Part shown: one piece after another, positions 14,477 to 29,297 of the stretch | Numbering within the stretch: position 1 is the stretch's first letter | Layout of the letters: the number at the start of each line of letters is the position of its first letter | Assembly: GCA_951406725.2 (NCBI GenBank) | Contig: OX597830.1 | Span: forward strand, 74,958,001 to 75,022,000 | Reading direction: 5' to 3' | From: Octopus vulgaris | Taxonomy: Eukaryota | DNA: 64,000 nt | The notes under the pieces: model-generated | Seen by the model: only the letters and a program-made list of their open reading frames with translations | Told to the model about the DNA's origin: nothing | Databases searched by the model: none | Position numbers and translations under genes: made by a program

Positions 14477-14979
14477 CATCATCATTGGTCATTGTGTTTG
14501 TCGGTGTCATTATCAGCATTTTCATGATCATGGACCCCAACACACAGAAATGAGAAGGGCAGTAAGAGCCCTGCATCTTGGTTGTCAGTCTTACTAGAGA
14601 TGGTGTCTCGATAAAAATACATACCTCAATGTTCAGCGAAAACGTCTAATACATGTCTATCAAATAATGGCGTTAATGAGACTGGAACCAAAGGTGAAAG
14701 CCTTTCACCTGGCAGATGCCCTGTGTTTGAGCAGCGCAGGCCTGCTCGCCATCCACAGACTGCTTGTAAACAAAGCCAGAGGCAGAAAAGATGATGGGAT
14801 AAGGAGGGTAACCGAACGGTAATTTAATACTGGATCACATAATCAGGAAAGTATCAAATAGCTGAAGAGAACGAATAGCATGGTACTGTAGAATGCAGGA
14901 AGCCCGCTAGTAAGCAGGTAGTAAGTCTGCTACGCATGCAAGACTCCTGGAGCTCCAACAAAACCTGTGAAAAAGTGAA

Positions 14980-15011
<32 letters not shown>

Positions 15012-16224
15012 TAATAATATTAATAATAATAGTAATAATAATGATGATGAAGATGATGATAAGAAAAATGCTTCCAAATTTTGTCTCAAGGCAACTTACT
15101 TTTGGACCTGAATTGAGTACAGTGATCAAAGAGTTTCACTGGTATGCAGTCTATCGATGACGAAAGAATGAAAAGCGAAGTTGTACGTGGCGTGATTTGA
15201 TCTCAAAATGTATGAAGCTTGTAACTAAGCCACAAAGTATTTTTCCAGTGTTATTGCAATTCTGCCTACTCACCGCCTTATATAATAATAAATACAAAAA
15301 CGAGCTTCTGTGTGTCAGTGTGTCACACCTTGACCCCACTCTCTCACTTTTCAATGATACTTCTAGTATTCCTCATGTTGGGGGAGAGTAATAGTAGGCA
15401 TAGAGACGGTGAGGGTGGTAGTAGATTGACAGTTATGATGGTAATTGGTTGATGGTAATAGTATGAGCTGTAGTTGTGATAGAGGCGGAGGCGACAGCGA
15501 TGACGCTGGTGGTGCTGCTGGTACCCGAAGCGGTCAAGGATGACGGTGATAGTAAGCGATGTAAAAGACAGTGGTGATTTTGGTGGAGGGGAAGGCAGTG
15601 AAGTCAAAGGTATTGATGGTGGTGGCGCCAGAAGTCTGAATGGTGTGAGTATGACAGTTGTGGTGGCGATGGTGGTGGTGCTGGTGATTGTGATTGTTGA
15701 AAACAAACAAAAGAAAGAGAGAGAGAGAAGGAAAGAAAAAAGAAAGTAAGAAAAAAAGCGGTTAGACAGCAAAAATAATTGTACTGACCCACGAATGGGA
15801 AAACTAAAAATGTGTATCTTGCATCTTTATAAGTTCCAAATCGACATATTATATCATTATTTTGATGAAAATTCTTCATTGCTTGAAAAATATTGGTCAA
15901 GTTTAATAAAATTTTATTTGTACTCAATGCATGAAGTGTCTTTGTTGGGCCCAAGGCCCAATGAAGTGCCCTCCACAGGAGCCAGCTGAAAAAGTTGCTC
16001 GATAGCGGGGCATTTAAACTAGTCTGTAATGATACTGGTTCCGAATTTTGGCCTAAAGCCAGCAAATTCAAGGGACAGAGGAAGTGAATTACTTCGACCC
16101 AATTATTTGACTGGTATTTCATCGACAATGAAACATGAAAGGCAAGAATCAACCTCGCACGAATTTGCTGAACAATAATAATAATATACTTCCACTTCTG
16201 CATCGTCAATGGCATTGTCCCCTT

Positions 16225-16386
16225 AATCCTCCTCCTCCTCATCATCATCATCATCGTCATCGTCATCGTCATTATTATCGTCATCTCAATCTTCGCTGTC
16301 GACATCGTATTCATCATAATAACTGTAGTTGCTTTCAGTCAAACCCAATCGTCGTCGCCATCATCGTTAAACATCCTCATCATCAA

Positions 16387-16431
<45 letters not shown>

Positions 16432-17800
16432 TATCTTCATCCTCCTCCTCCTCCTCCTCCTCCTCCTCATCATCATCATCTTCATCCTTCTCATCATTAT
16501 CAGCACCAACAACAACATGCTAATCAACATGGACATCGAATTATCACCATTGAATTCATCTTCGCCGTAATTCTTATCAGGTAGACTAAATTATCTTCAT
16601 CATCATCATCATCGTCGTCGTCGGCGTCGTCGTCATCGTCATCGTCGTCATCATCATCATCGTCATCATCATTGTGGTTGTCGTTCCCAGTCAAGCAGCA
16701 AATACCATGAGAAGTCGACAGACGTGCGGTGTATCACATGACTCGTGACCGTCCATCAAGCGTGAATTATATATTTTTTTTCCTTCGTTTTATTTGCAAT
16801 GTGGGCATAGACAGGTCACAGGACACAGGTCCTATAAGTTCAAAGTTCAGATGTCAGAGTTCAAAGCTGAGACGTTTATGGTGTATCTGGACTATAGAAG
16901 TGAATGTCTGAACTCCACCCTGTCTGTTCAACGACGATGATGGCGGCGGTGATGGTGGTGGTGGTGGTGGTGGTGGTGGTGGTGGCAGTGGTGGCGGTGG
17001 TGATAGTGACAAAGACGTTGTTCTGCTTTACAATCAATGCACAATGGATATACATGTCGTGGACATTGTCACATCACACCGCATCACACCAGATCATACC
17101 GAATCGAGTGAGGATTTCTGGTATAAAACAAATCTATTTCTGGAAGAATTATATAGACCGTGGTTTGTTTGATGGTGACGACGACGACGACGACGATGAT
17201 GATGATGATAATCACAATGATAATGACAACGATGATGATAATTTGATAATAATGGTGAATGATGATGATGGTGATGATGAAGTTGACGGTGATGATGATG
17301 ATGATGATGATGATGATAATGGTGATGATGATATTGATGATTACGATGATACTGATGATGATGATGGTGGTGATTATGATAATGATGATGATGACGACGG
17401 CGAGGAGGAGAAGGAGCAGGAGGTGGCGATGTTGATGGTGATGATGATTGTGATGGTGATACTGAGGATGACTATAATGCTGCTGCAGTTATTGAAAATG
17501 ATAATGATGATAAAGTTTATGGTGGCATGGTGCTTATACGATGAAGGAAGATGAGGTGATGATAATTATGATTATGTTGACGACGAAAATGATGATAATG
17601 ATGATAATGATGATAATGATAAGGAGGAGAATGTTGATCTTGGTGATGATGATAATGATGATGATGATGTTCTTAATTTCGGTCCTGAAGATGATGTCAC
17701 TGATGGTGAAGGTTGTGATAGTAAACGTAATTATATTGATGAAGGCAATAGTGATGGTGATAATGATGATGATGACAATGAATAGAATATAGTAGATGAT
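16225..17800. repeat. Compound trinucleotide low-complexity region (CAT/CCT/GGT/GAT)
   Basis: Interleaved trinucleotide arrays that generate spurious poly-His, poly-Pro, poly-Asp and poly-Met ORFs. Confidence 0.9.
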
Positions 17801-17897
17801 GACAATGAGTAGATATTGTGGATGATAATGTCGATGGCGACTGCATGATGATCCTGCTCTAGTTAATGATGTCGCTGCTGTTGAAGATGTTTTATAC

Positions 17898-17983
17898 TTG
17901 TATTTCTCAAACTATTTTTTTACTTATTGAGCCCTTTGATTCCTATTTTACTCTCATGGACCTCCATTGATAGCCATTCAATG

Positions 17984-18059
<76 letters not shown>

Positions 18060-18224
18060 GCCTACTGTATTTTTTCTAGTTAAATATTATTAGGAATTGT
18101 ATTTTTAAAAATAGATTGAAGTTTTCGGGTATTGTAGAAGAGGAAATACTTTATTTCACATAAATTTTAACAAAATCTTATTTGAACCCCGGAGGGCCAT
18201 ATGGCCATCGGTTGAGAACCACTA
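17898..18224. mobile_element. hAT-type MITE, degenerate, interrupted by (TA)n
   Basis: Right TIR ggttgagaaccacta (18210-18224), decayed left TIR ttgtatttctcaaac, 7/8 TSD ttttatac/ttgtatac; internal similarity to 21273-21588. Confidence 0.65.
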
Positions 18225-18359
18225 TTGTATACAATGAGGTCATGGCAAACTTCACAAGATTATTCCAAATTATCCCGGTCTTATTTATTTAAATCATTTC
18301 TGACTTATGAAAATTATTCTCAATACTGTTACTGAAAAAGCTTCCGGTTAATCGATAAC

Positions 18360-18436
<77 letters not shown>

Positions 18437-18437
18437 G

Positions 18438-18478
<41 letters not shown>

Positions 18479-18745
18479 CATATCGAAAATTAGGGAATGG
18501 AGTAGATGAAATCCATGGATCTTGAAATACATCACGGGAAGTCTTTAGCTTATTTCTCCTATACCCATATCTCATATTTGTTCTTATTCTTACTCATATT
18601 CTTTTTCTGCCCTTTTTAAAAAGACAAACACACTGTACCTATTGTTAACTGTTTCTTATGCGTATTAGCCCTCCCAACCACTGAGACCCTAAGAAGAAGC
18701 CTAGAGAAACATTCATCATCTAAACTATATCTGCCCATCCGTACA

Positions 18746-18812
18746 GAACACTGAAGAGATGGAGATGGCATGGAGGATTTCATTACCTCTTGGCAGAAAC
18801 GGCCGTAAGGAA
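18746..18812 (+). ncRNA. Type-I hammerhead ribozyme-like motif (Penelope-like element relic); activity doubtful
   Basis: CTGAAGA (18751-18757), 38-nt partly self-complementary stem II, GAAAC-GGCC-GTA (18796-18807). Stem I is poorly paired. Confidence 0.5.
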
Positions 18813-19031
18813 CCAGTACCTATTAACAATCTGATCTTTCACTCCATTCTGTAATTTTAGCACATGTGTATGTAATACATGGTTATTACGTGTGCACATA
18901 TTCTTCTAATACATCCTAATACATTGGAATAAGTAGACATACTAGAATGTCTACCGACTGATGTATGTGGTTTTGTATCCTCTCCATTTTCTTTATTGAC
19001 GTATACACACACACACACACACACGCACACG

Positions 19032-19086
<55 letters not shown>

Positions 19087-19226
19087 ATCGAAGTGTGCAG
19101 TATTACATATCTATTACGGCCGATCTTACAAATCGGCTTCGCACTAGGATTTTAACAGAGTGTTACGTAACAATCTGATTATGTAACCCTATTCTCTTCA
19201 GAGGCATCCGTTGTATATATATGTAT

Positions 19227-19298
<72 letters not shown>

Positions 19299-19398
19299 CA
19301 ATATATGCATAAACGTACGTACATATGCATGTATATTATTTGTTTATCCGTTGATAACATATCAGTAAGTTGCCTTTATATATATAGGTGTGTGTTTG

Positions 19399-19444
<46 letters not shown>

Positions 19445-19909
19445 CTTGTCTCTGTGTGTGTCCGTCTTTCTGTGTGTTGTACGTTGTGGTTGAAAAAAAG
19501 CGCGTAGTTAGAAGTAAGGTAGAGACCTTCTCTTGGCAGGTTTCTTTCTAGGTACATAACCACAGAATATATTTAAAATTAAGAGAAAAATAACAGGAAA
19601 AAAAGAAGAAGAAATACCACCATACTATTTTCTATGATCTTGTGATCACAATTACTCTCTTAAAATTTTAATTTTCTACGGAATCGCTGATTAATTTCCC
19701 CGTTTTATTGAAAATCAGGTTAAAGGTTAACGGAAATGGGAAAGCAGTAGGTCTTGAGTAATTAAGGAAAAATAAAATATAATAAATAAATAAACTAGTA
19801 AAAGAAAAAGTAAATACTAATTACATTTTTTGCCAGGTTTTTGGGGATGAAATTACTAATTGATCATTATTGATTAAAATCAGTCTAGTTTTAATTATTA
19901 TTATTTATG

Positions 19910-19948
<39 letters not shown>

Positions 19949-19949
19949 G

Positions 19950-19987
<38 letters not shown>

Positions 19988-20187
19988 GTTTTTCATCTTC
20001 TCCTTCTTCTTTATAATAATAATAATATTAATAATAATAATTATTATTATTCATTGATTATTTATTGGTTTGATATTTTTTATATAAATATTTGTTTTAT
20101 ATGTAATATCGAACAACTTGTTGCAAACAAAAAAATAAATAAATAATTGATTTTCGAACTAGAAAAGGAAAAGCAATGATGTAGAAG

Positions 20188-20232
<45 letters not shown>

Positions 20233-20306
20233 TATGATATAAGAGTCTATGAAAAACTGTATAATTACATACATAGTGATAGACATTTGAACAATTATGA
20301 AATATA

Positions 20307-20515
20307 CAGGGTGGATCAAAAGTGACGTACAAAATAAGTTCAATACGCTCCGGAATTCTCAAAGACATGCTTCAATTTTTCCTAAAATTGAACAAAATAA
20401 ATAAAATAATGATGTATACACACAACTTGTACATGGCGAGCAAAGAGAATAATAATGTTAACTTACTATATATAAAATGTCGACTGTTTTGGTGCGTGAC
20501 ATTTAGCCCACCTTG
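20307..20515. mobile_element. Tc1/mariner-type MITE
   Basis: TA-cagggtggatcaaaagtgacgtac ... gtgcgtgacatttagcccaccttg-TA: imperfect ~24 bp TIRs with TA flanks. Confidence 0.7.
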
Positions 20516-20727
20516 TATATAATTAGAGTTTATATTAATGTAGCTTTCGATATAATGAATATGTTAACTATGCATGTATTTTATTTATATTGCTATATTA
20601 GAGATATTCTTTTTATCTCATTCTTACAATTTTAACTTTGGTTGTAATACCACATACTTTTTACATAATTGTTGAGAAATATCCGGTAAAATCCCAATTC
20701 GGCATGAAATATAGTTAATACATTGTA

Positions 20728-20788
<61 letters not shown>

Positions 20789-21272
20789 ATGATTACACGA
20801 GGTATACAAGGCAATAAAAAATTTAGATGTGTAAACAATATTAAGTTCAAACAAGCGAGTTAAATAAGCAAACAACGAGAGAGAAAATCTAAAACAGGAC
20901 AAGTAACACTAAGAACGACCCTTCATCAATTATCGGGTCATCAATCTACCCCTCATTTAAGGCATTCCCCTCATTTCGAGCACACCTCATTTACCTCTCC
21001 CATAGTGTCCTATCAGAAGCAACCATCATTTCACGTGCGGCTGAATTCCTAATCGTGACCAAATGATACTTTGGATATCATCCCAGAATCTCGGACTTGG
21101 TCTTCATCTCCTGCTACTTGGCACAGCTTGAAGTATTTCTTTACCGATTCTTTCCTGCCATATTCTAATCACATATTCATTACGCCGGAGCTATGTCCCT
21201 TCAATACAAAGAATTAGAGGCTCGACCAGCAGAGCTCCACTGATCTCCAAGATACGCATCTGTCGTCTAACG

Positions 21273-21588
21273 TAGGGGTTCTCAACCGTTTTTAATCTAT
21301 GGATCCCTTTGATTACTATTCAATTCTGGTTGTTCCCCAGAGCCATTCGATGTTTAAAAACTAGTTTTAAAGAAAGTTGGTTCTAAATTCCTATATTGTT
21401 TTTCAAACATAAACTTCTGTAGGTTGAACTCGGTAAAATGAAAGAGAAAAGAACACAGCGATTTCTCGCATATATCTAAAGCAAAAGTTTTAACCACGCG
21501 TCCTTAAACTACTATTGCAGATGCCCGATTTAGTATTTTGTTGTATATGGATCTCGGGTGCCACATGGACTCAGATTGAGAACCATTG
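21273..21588. mobile_element. hAT (Charlie-like) MITE with perfect 8-bp TSD
   Basis: TIRs taggggttctcaacc / gattgagaaccattg, flanked by identical GTCTAACG at 21265-21272 and 21589-21596. Confidence 0.9.
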
Positions 21589-22080
21589 GTCTAACGTTAT
21601 TACTGAGATCTTTCAGATCACGTGACCGAATATCTAAAAAATCTCTTTAACACTTCGGCCTTTCTATGCCTATACTTATTGTTTAATCTGCTTTACTTCG
21701 ATTGTATAACAATGATTACTAACAGATCATCCACACGATCTCCGTCAACCAAATTTACTCGAAAGTCATTGCTCGCTGATACGCGTTATAGTAGAAGATT
21801 CTAAGGTACTGTTCAATGGGACTGAACCTAGTACCACGTAGTTCAAAATACGAGCTTCTTAACTACACAACTACTTCTGATCTTTATTAAAGATCCCGTT
21901 GTTCGATTATTCTATGAAGTTCTTTGGATTCTCACATAACGTTTCGAGATTTGAGGAAATTCTTTCCTCATTTGGTAAAATAGAGACACAGCTCCTCGAC
22001 ATTTTCTTCATCCCGCAGACAGAAAAATGAACTGAAGAATTTATTTATCTTCATATTTGTAGTGACATTTTTTATTATTA

Positions 22081-22120
<40 letters not shown>

Positions 22121-22606
22121 CATTATCATCATCATCATCACCACCATCATCATCATCATCACCATCATCATCATTACTATGATAATAATAATAATCATAA
22201 TAATAATAATAATAATTATTATTATTATTATCATTTTTTATTATTATCATCATTAATTTTTATTATTATCATTCATTATTATTACTGTTATTATTATTAT
22301 TATCTTCCAGTACCTGTATTACTTGTCTGTATTTACATTTGATTGATATCTTCCTTGAGAAGATGTGTTATATATTGATATTTGACTTCTGTCTTGCTCA
22401 GTGTTAAAAACACGGGAAATTCTTATATCTCAAGGTACATCTTAAGATTGAGATATGATTCCAGCGTTACTGCTTCTTCAATGTATTAAGAACGTCTACT
22501 TTTCTCTCCGTCCATATGCTTCTCTGTCAGTTAGGGAGTCTCTTCCCTTCTTCCTCTCTTCACCTGCCTCTCTCTTTGTGTATGAATGTGTGTATGTATA
22601 TATCTA

Positions 22607-22700
<94 letters not shown>

Positions 22701-23799
22701 GGTATGTCTAAGTGCGTGTGTGTGTTTGCACTTTCGTATTTCACTCCCTTTCTCTTCATACACACATACACACACACACGAACACATATATCGATATTCC
22801 TCTCTCTACATAGGTGTCTACCTATGAACTTTACCTTAAAATATATGTTAGAGGAAATGCAATATTAAACATATTGCTCCCTTGTAACAGGGCCTTTGTG
22901 AATTATTTCTCCATCTATTTATTACGCGTGCTTGGGTATGTGTATGTGTCTGTGCGTTTGTCTGGTTGCGTGCGAGTGTGTGTATGTGATTGTGTGTTTT
23001 GTGTGTGTGTGTATCATTCAGTACATTGTCTTTCAAAAAATGGAGTGAGTCTTTAAGGATACGAAACGTATTTCTCTCCGCATGATAGATGTATAAAGAA
23101 AAATAAACGTTTATAAATCTCTATAAAAGGCGAATTCTTCCTTTATATTATATGTGTATGTGTGTGTGTGATTGCTTGTGTCTATATATTGCGTGTATTT
23201 TTTTCTTTTTCCACCTATTAGAGTTACTTCCCTTTTATCTAACGGTTTTTCATAGCATCTGTTGCCATTAATAGCCTATGATAATAGATCATCACTCCGA
23301 CATTCGAAACTCCGAGTACTAGTATGACAAAATTTTACCGTTTGTTCTAAATCATAGAAGACATTTACCCAGGGTGCCTCGCAGTGGGACAGAATCCAAA
23401 GCAACGCGGAAAAGCAACAACGGGAATTTTTTGTCCGGGATCGATCGTCCTTCTATAATTAAAATATATTTTCCTCCATTTTTACGTTACAACCTAAAAG
23501 GGAGAAAAATGGAAAAGAACGACACAGTAGATAATCTATATAGCATGATCTGTATTGCATTGAAACAAGACGCTTTTAACGTATCAATGATTAAATTATC
23601 GACCCAGGAAGGATACTAAAACAACTTTGAATTTGGTAAGATTTGAACCCCGAATACAGAAAGCAATATTCTTCGTCTGAGGCACTAATGGTTTCTGGCA
23701 ATCGACCCCTCGCACGTATTACTCATTCTGCTAAAACATTTATATACTACAAGGTGCACAAAATACATACAATAGGTTCCTTCGCGTCAACACAAGTTT

Positions 23800-24390
23800 T
23801 GACGTGTGGCCATTTAGTGTACTAGAAATGACAGCAAATTCTCACATTAGATAATGGCATACTATTGCAATAGTAAGTCATTTTCAATAACAGGAATACT
23901 TTTGGTTGGAAAAACTTTGAGAATGGGAATGTCTAAGTGGAGACGGCTTGCATTCAAAAAGCAAATGGACACAAGAGTGAAAAGCGTTCCTGGTCGATGA
24001 CGGATCTGTTGGAAATAGCAAGCAAATCTTCCTCAAATATTCACTTCAAAATGAAGGGTTGCAATCTTTGATATAGTACTTCTGAATAATACAGGATGGC
24101 CAGGTCGGAAATTTGATCGTATGTCTGTCTGCTTGTGAAGAATGACTTGGGACGAATCAAAGCCAGGTGAACAAGGAAAAGCATTACCACAAACAAGCCC
24201 AACTTACGAAGCGAGACGTAGAACCTGCTCGAAATAGCCTAAAAATTTTCCTCATATTTCATCTCAAGGCGTATAAAAAAGTTCATACCAAATTATATAA
24301 TATTGTCTTGGAATAAATGAAGATGGTCATGGTTGGAGTACTATAAGGTATAAGAGTATTGAATCAGAGCTGACATAGAGCTAAACAGAG
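23800..24390 (+). repeat. Cluster of old degenerate interspersed repeat copies
   Basis: Recurring motifs (gaaatagc...aaat..cctca; gatggtcatgg; gctgac..gg.gcta); a related copy appears at ~41140-41380. Highly diverged. Confidence 0.4.
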
Positions 24391-24784
24391 ATGGAAAATT
24401 GTCGTAATCCTCATCACAGTTATCATCATCCACGCCGTCCTTCGTCAATAGCACACTCCATCCTCATCATCATCATCATCACCTTCGTCATCGTAGTTGC
24501 AATTGTAGTTGACGCCGCCATCGTTGACGTCATCATTATCATTAACATCATCATCATCATCATCAATATCATCATCATCATCACGACCATCATCATCGTC
24601 GACGTCATCATCATCGTCGACGTCATCATCATCATCATCAAGAGCTGTGGGGTTCCCATTCAATTCAACCATCAATCACATGATTATAAGCGGTGTTCCT
24701 AGTCTTCGTGGTGCTACATCCAAGACACAGGTTGTATGTGGTTGTCCCCACCCACACGACACAGCCATTATTATTATTATTAAG

Positions 24785-24837
<53 letters not shown>

Positions 24838-25037
24838 TATTATTATTATTATTAGTTATTCATTTTCTCTGCATCTCTATTTCATTTTACACTAATTCAT
24901 ATGTTTATATTTAGTACTTACTCATTTGCATGTGTTTACACACGCGAGCACGAACACACACAGATACACACACAGTGACACACACATGCGCACGCACGAA
25001 CACACACATGTACGCAAATATATATATATATATATAT

Positions 25038-25068
<31 letters not shown>

Positions 25069-25102
25069 TATGCATACACATACGTGCATGAATATGAATA
25101 TA

Positions 25103-25138
<36 letters not shown>

Positions 25139-25242
25139 CACACATACATGGGCATGTACGCGTCGATATATAACTATATACACACACGCGAGAATATATA
25201 TGTAAATATATATACATGTTTGTGCTTTTACGTGTGTATATA

Positions 25243-25280
<38 letters not shown>

Positions 25281-26135
25281 CATATATACATGCTTGTATG
25301 TGTGTCTGTGTCACCTTTCTCTCCTTTTCCTCTTTTCTTTCTCTCCTTTCTTTCTCTGTCTTTAATAGAATTGATTCACTTTCTCCTCTCTTCCGTATGT
25401 TCTCCTGTTCGCTTCACTGACTGCAATCAACGGTGCAACTAGAAAAGGCGTCCACTGGAAAAATACGCAAATTGTATACGCACAGACACACGTGCACAGG
25501 CTCACACAAACACACGCCCTCTATACAGCGACGCACAGAGTTGTAACGCTCAGACCTTTACAAGTACGCACAAATGCACAGACTCGTGCTTATATGTACA
25601 TACAAAGAGACACACGTACACACGCAGACACATACGCACACATCTGGCTCAGAGAGAGAGAGAGAGACAGAGAGAGAAAGATACTCACTCACACAGGAAT
25701 AATACTCACGGCTTCACAAGTAAACACGCAGACACACACACATACACGCATGCACACAACTTTGTACACACTTAGATACAAAGATTGGACATTCACACGG
25801 ACACACAGAGATTCGCACACGCGAGTACTTTTATTCTACACGCCCACATACATATACATCTTGTAGACAGAAGCACACAACATTTAAAACTTCACAAATA
25901 CACACACAGATAAAAACACGCGTGTACACAGAAATACACACACCCTAGCACATAAAATACTTACACACACATATATATATATATATACACATACTCACAT
26001 ACACACACACTTAACATACAGAGACGGATAGATACATCATTCAGACATTCAAAAGTGCATGCATAGACATATACACTTACGCGCATGCACACGCATTGTA
26101 AACGCATGTGTATACATACGTATATATATATATAT

Positions 26136-26368
26136 CTTCTTTTCTTCTTTTATTTGCTTCAGTCATTTGACTGTGGCCTTGCTGGGGCATTGCCTTTAGT
26201 CGAAGAAATCGACCCCAGGACTTATCTTTTGTAAGCTTGATATTATCCAATACTTTCTCCTTTGCCGAACCGCTAGGTTACGGAGATGTAAACACAACAA
26301 CATCGGTTATCAAGCTATGGTGGGGGACATACGTAGAAACAAGCATATACATACATACATGTATATAT

Positions 26369-26417
<49 letters not shown>

Positions 26418-26684
26418 TATTATATATATATATATACATATATATACATACATACATACATACATACATACATACATACATACATACATACATAAAAACA
26501 TACGTACTTACATACGAAGGTCTTCTTTTTATTTCTGTCTAACAAATCCACTCAAAAGGTTGTTTTTCTTCGGCACGAAGCATAATAGTAGAAGACACTT
26601 GCCCAGGGTGACACGCAGTGGGGCTGAACCCGGAGCCATGTGGTTGGTAATGAAGCGACTTACCCCATAGCCACGTCTGCACCT
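26136..26684 (-). mobile_element. tRNA-derived SINE family A, full length, with internal microsatellite
   Basis: Reverse-complement match to 58152-58583 from head to tail; central (TA)n/(TACA)n. Confidence 0.85.
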
Positions 26685-27096
26685 CTACAGTATCCAAAAA
26701 GAAAACGTCCGGAACACATATGTAGACAGACACATGCGTGCTTGAGTATTGTATATATTCATACACATACATAGTTACAATCCTAAAAGCATCGGTAGAA
26801 TACTCAGGGCTACTCAGAAATACATATATACACACATACACACTCACATACACGGTGATAAATATATCAGCGCATGCACAATGCTAAATATCAACAAACA
26901 CGCGTCTCATACACACCTAGACGTAGGATGGTTCACAGATTCTACGCATGAAAACATACTAATTCATTCAAAAGTACAAACGCACACAGCCGAACGCACA
27001 CAAACAAACACATGGATACAGAGAAAACAAATATACAAACACACAACACAATCACCAAAAGAAGATATATTAAACTGCAACTTAGACACACACGCG

Positions 27097-27158
<62 letters not shown>

Positions 27159-27258
27159 GTATAATTGTATGTATGTGTTAATATCGTACACACGTGTGTG
27201 AGCGCGTGTATGCATACATATATATATATACATACATATCTATCTATCTATCTATCTA

Positions 27259-27306
<48 letters not shown>

Positions 27307-27373
27307 CATATATATCTATTGCTTCTATACATATATATATATATATGTATATATACACAGATATATATATGCA

Positions 27374-27415
<42 letters not shown>

Positions 27416-27644
27416 TGTGCATATGTATATGTATGCATATACATACACACATATGTATATATATATATATATATATAATATAGGTATAAACATAAACATA
27501 CTCAGATATGTATATGTGTATATATGAAGTACACACACATAGACGCTAAGGCATGTGTATATTTGATAACTACGCCGAATAGCACAAACAATTAGTGTTT
27601 TTGCAGCTGTTAATTGTTGGCAGTCAATGACTTCGCGGTTAGCG

Positions 27645-27695
<51 letters not shown>

Positions 27696-27968
27696 CGTAC
27701 ACATGTATACTGTATACTATATACTTAATATAATATATAACGTGATATTTGTTGCGTGTGTTCTAAAATGGTTAGGATAAAAGCAATTTCACATTAAACT
27801 GAGGAATTGCTCCAGTTTTGTAGATTACACATCTGTTATACACATACTAGAAAAAGGGTATATGCAACTTGGAAGCTTCGGCCTAATAGCTTTCGTGGGA
27901 CAGTTCGACCATGTGTAACAGGGAGAGTCTTCGAAGTCACTACCTCCAATAAACATACATATACTTTC

Positions 27969-28060
<92 letters not shown>

Positions 28061-28107
28061 ATGTATATGTATATACATGTATATATGTATTTATATATAT
28101 ATATATA

Positions 28108-28150
<43 letters not shown>

Positions 28151-28474
28151 GTGTATATGTATATATAAATATGCGCGCGTATATGTTATATATGAGTGTA
28201 TGTGTATATGTGTGTGTGTGTGCGCGTGTGTTCGTGGGTGTGTATCTAACAGTTTGCAGTCATACATATGTGTTCTCTTATTCTGTTCCTGGTTTTAGTC
28301 TTTGAACTGTGGCCATGCATGAGCAAATCCTTCAAGCATTTTAATCGAACAGTTCAACCCCAATACTAATATCGGTCAGGTACATATTTTAACGATATCC
28401 GTATTTCGAGGCTTCGTATTACGGGCCGTGAAGTAATACAACAAACAGACACACACTCACACAAACAGCTGCCA

Positions 28475-28585
<111 letters not shown>

Positions 28586-28651
28586 ATATATATATATATA
28601 TATATAGATAGATAGATACACACACACATTACTAGATATGCTTTTAATTCG

Positions 28652-28701
<50 letters not shown>

Positions 28702-28778
28702 AATATATATGAGTGTATATATATATATGTATATATAGATAGATACACACACAGATTACTAGATATGCTTTCAATTCG

Positions 28779-28815
<37 letters not shown>

Positions 28816-28831
28816 GCAAATATATATATGC

Positions 28832-28887
<56 letters not shown>

Positions 28888-29134
28888 GAATACACATACA
28901 CACAAAGACACAAGCCTAGCTAAAAATATGAATGCTATTCAATTTTATTTATATATCTATCATTTGCGATTTAGTGTTTTTACTGTCTCGTTCCACACCT
29001 CCCCACCACCACCACCACCATTTAGTGTCTAGCGTATATATTTCTTTCCAGATTTCCTGATCCGTATTCCGATCAATGTTGTTGTTATTATACCAACTAC
29101 TACTACTACTTATATTATTACCAATATTATCATT

Positions 29135-29165
<31 letters not shown>

Positions 29166-29189
29166 TTCTTCTACTTATTATTATTATTA

Positions 29190-29297
<108 letters not shown>

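Noticed and set aside
15604-17792. Longest ORFs (237 aa, 216 aa poly-Asp/Val, 149 aa poly-His/Pro)
   Set aside because: Built from trinucleotide repeats and decayed SINE sequence. The poly-His/Pro stretch resembles Hox N-termini but has no hexapeptide or splice support.
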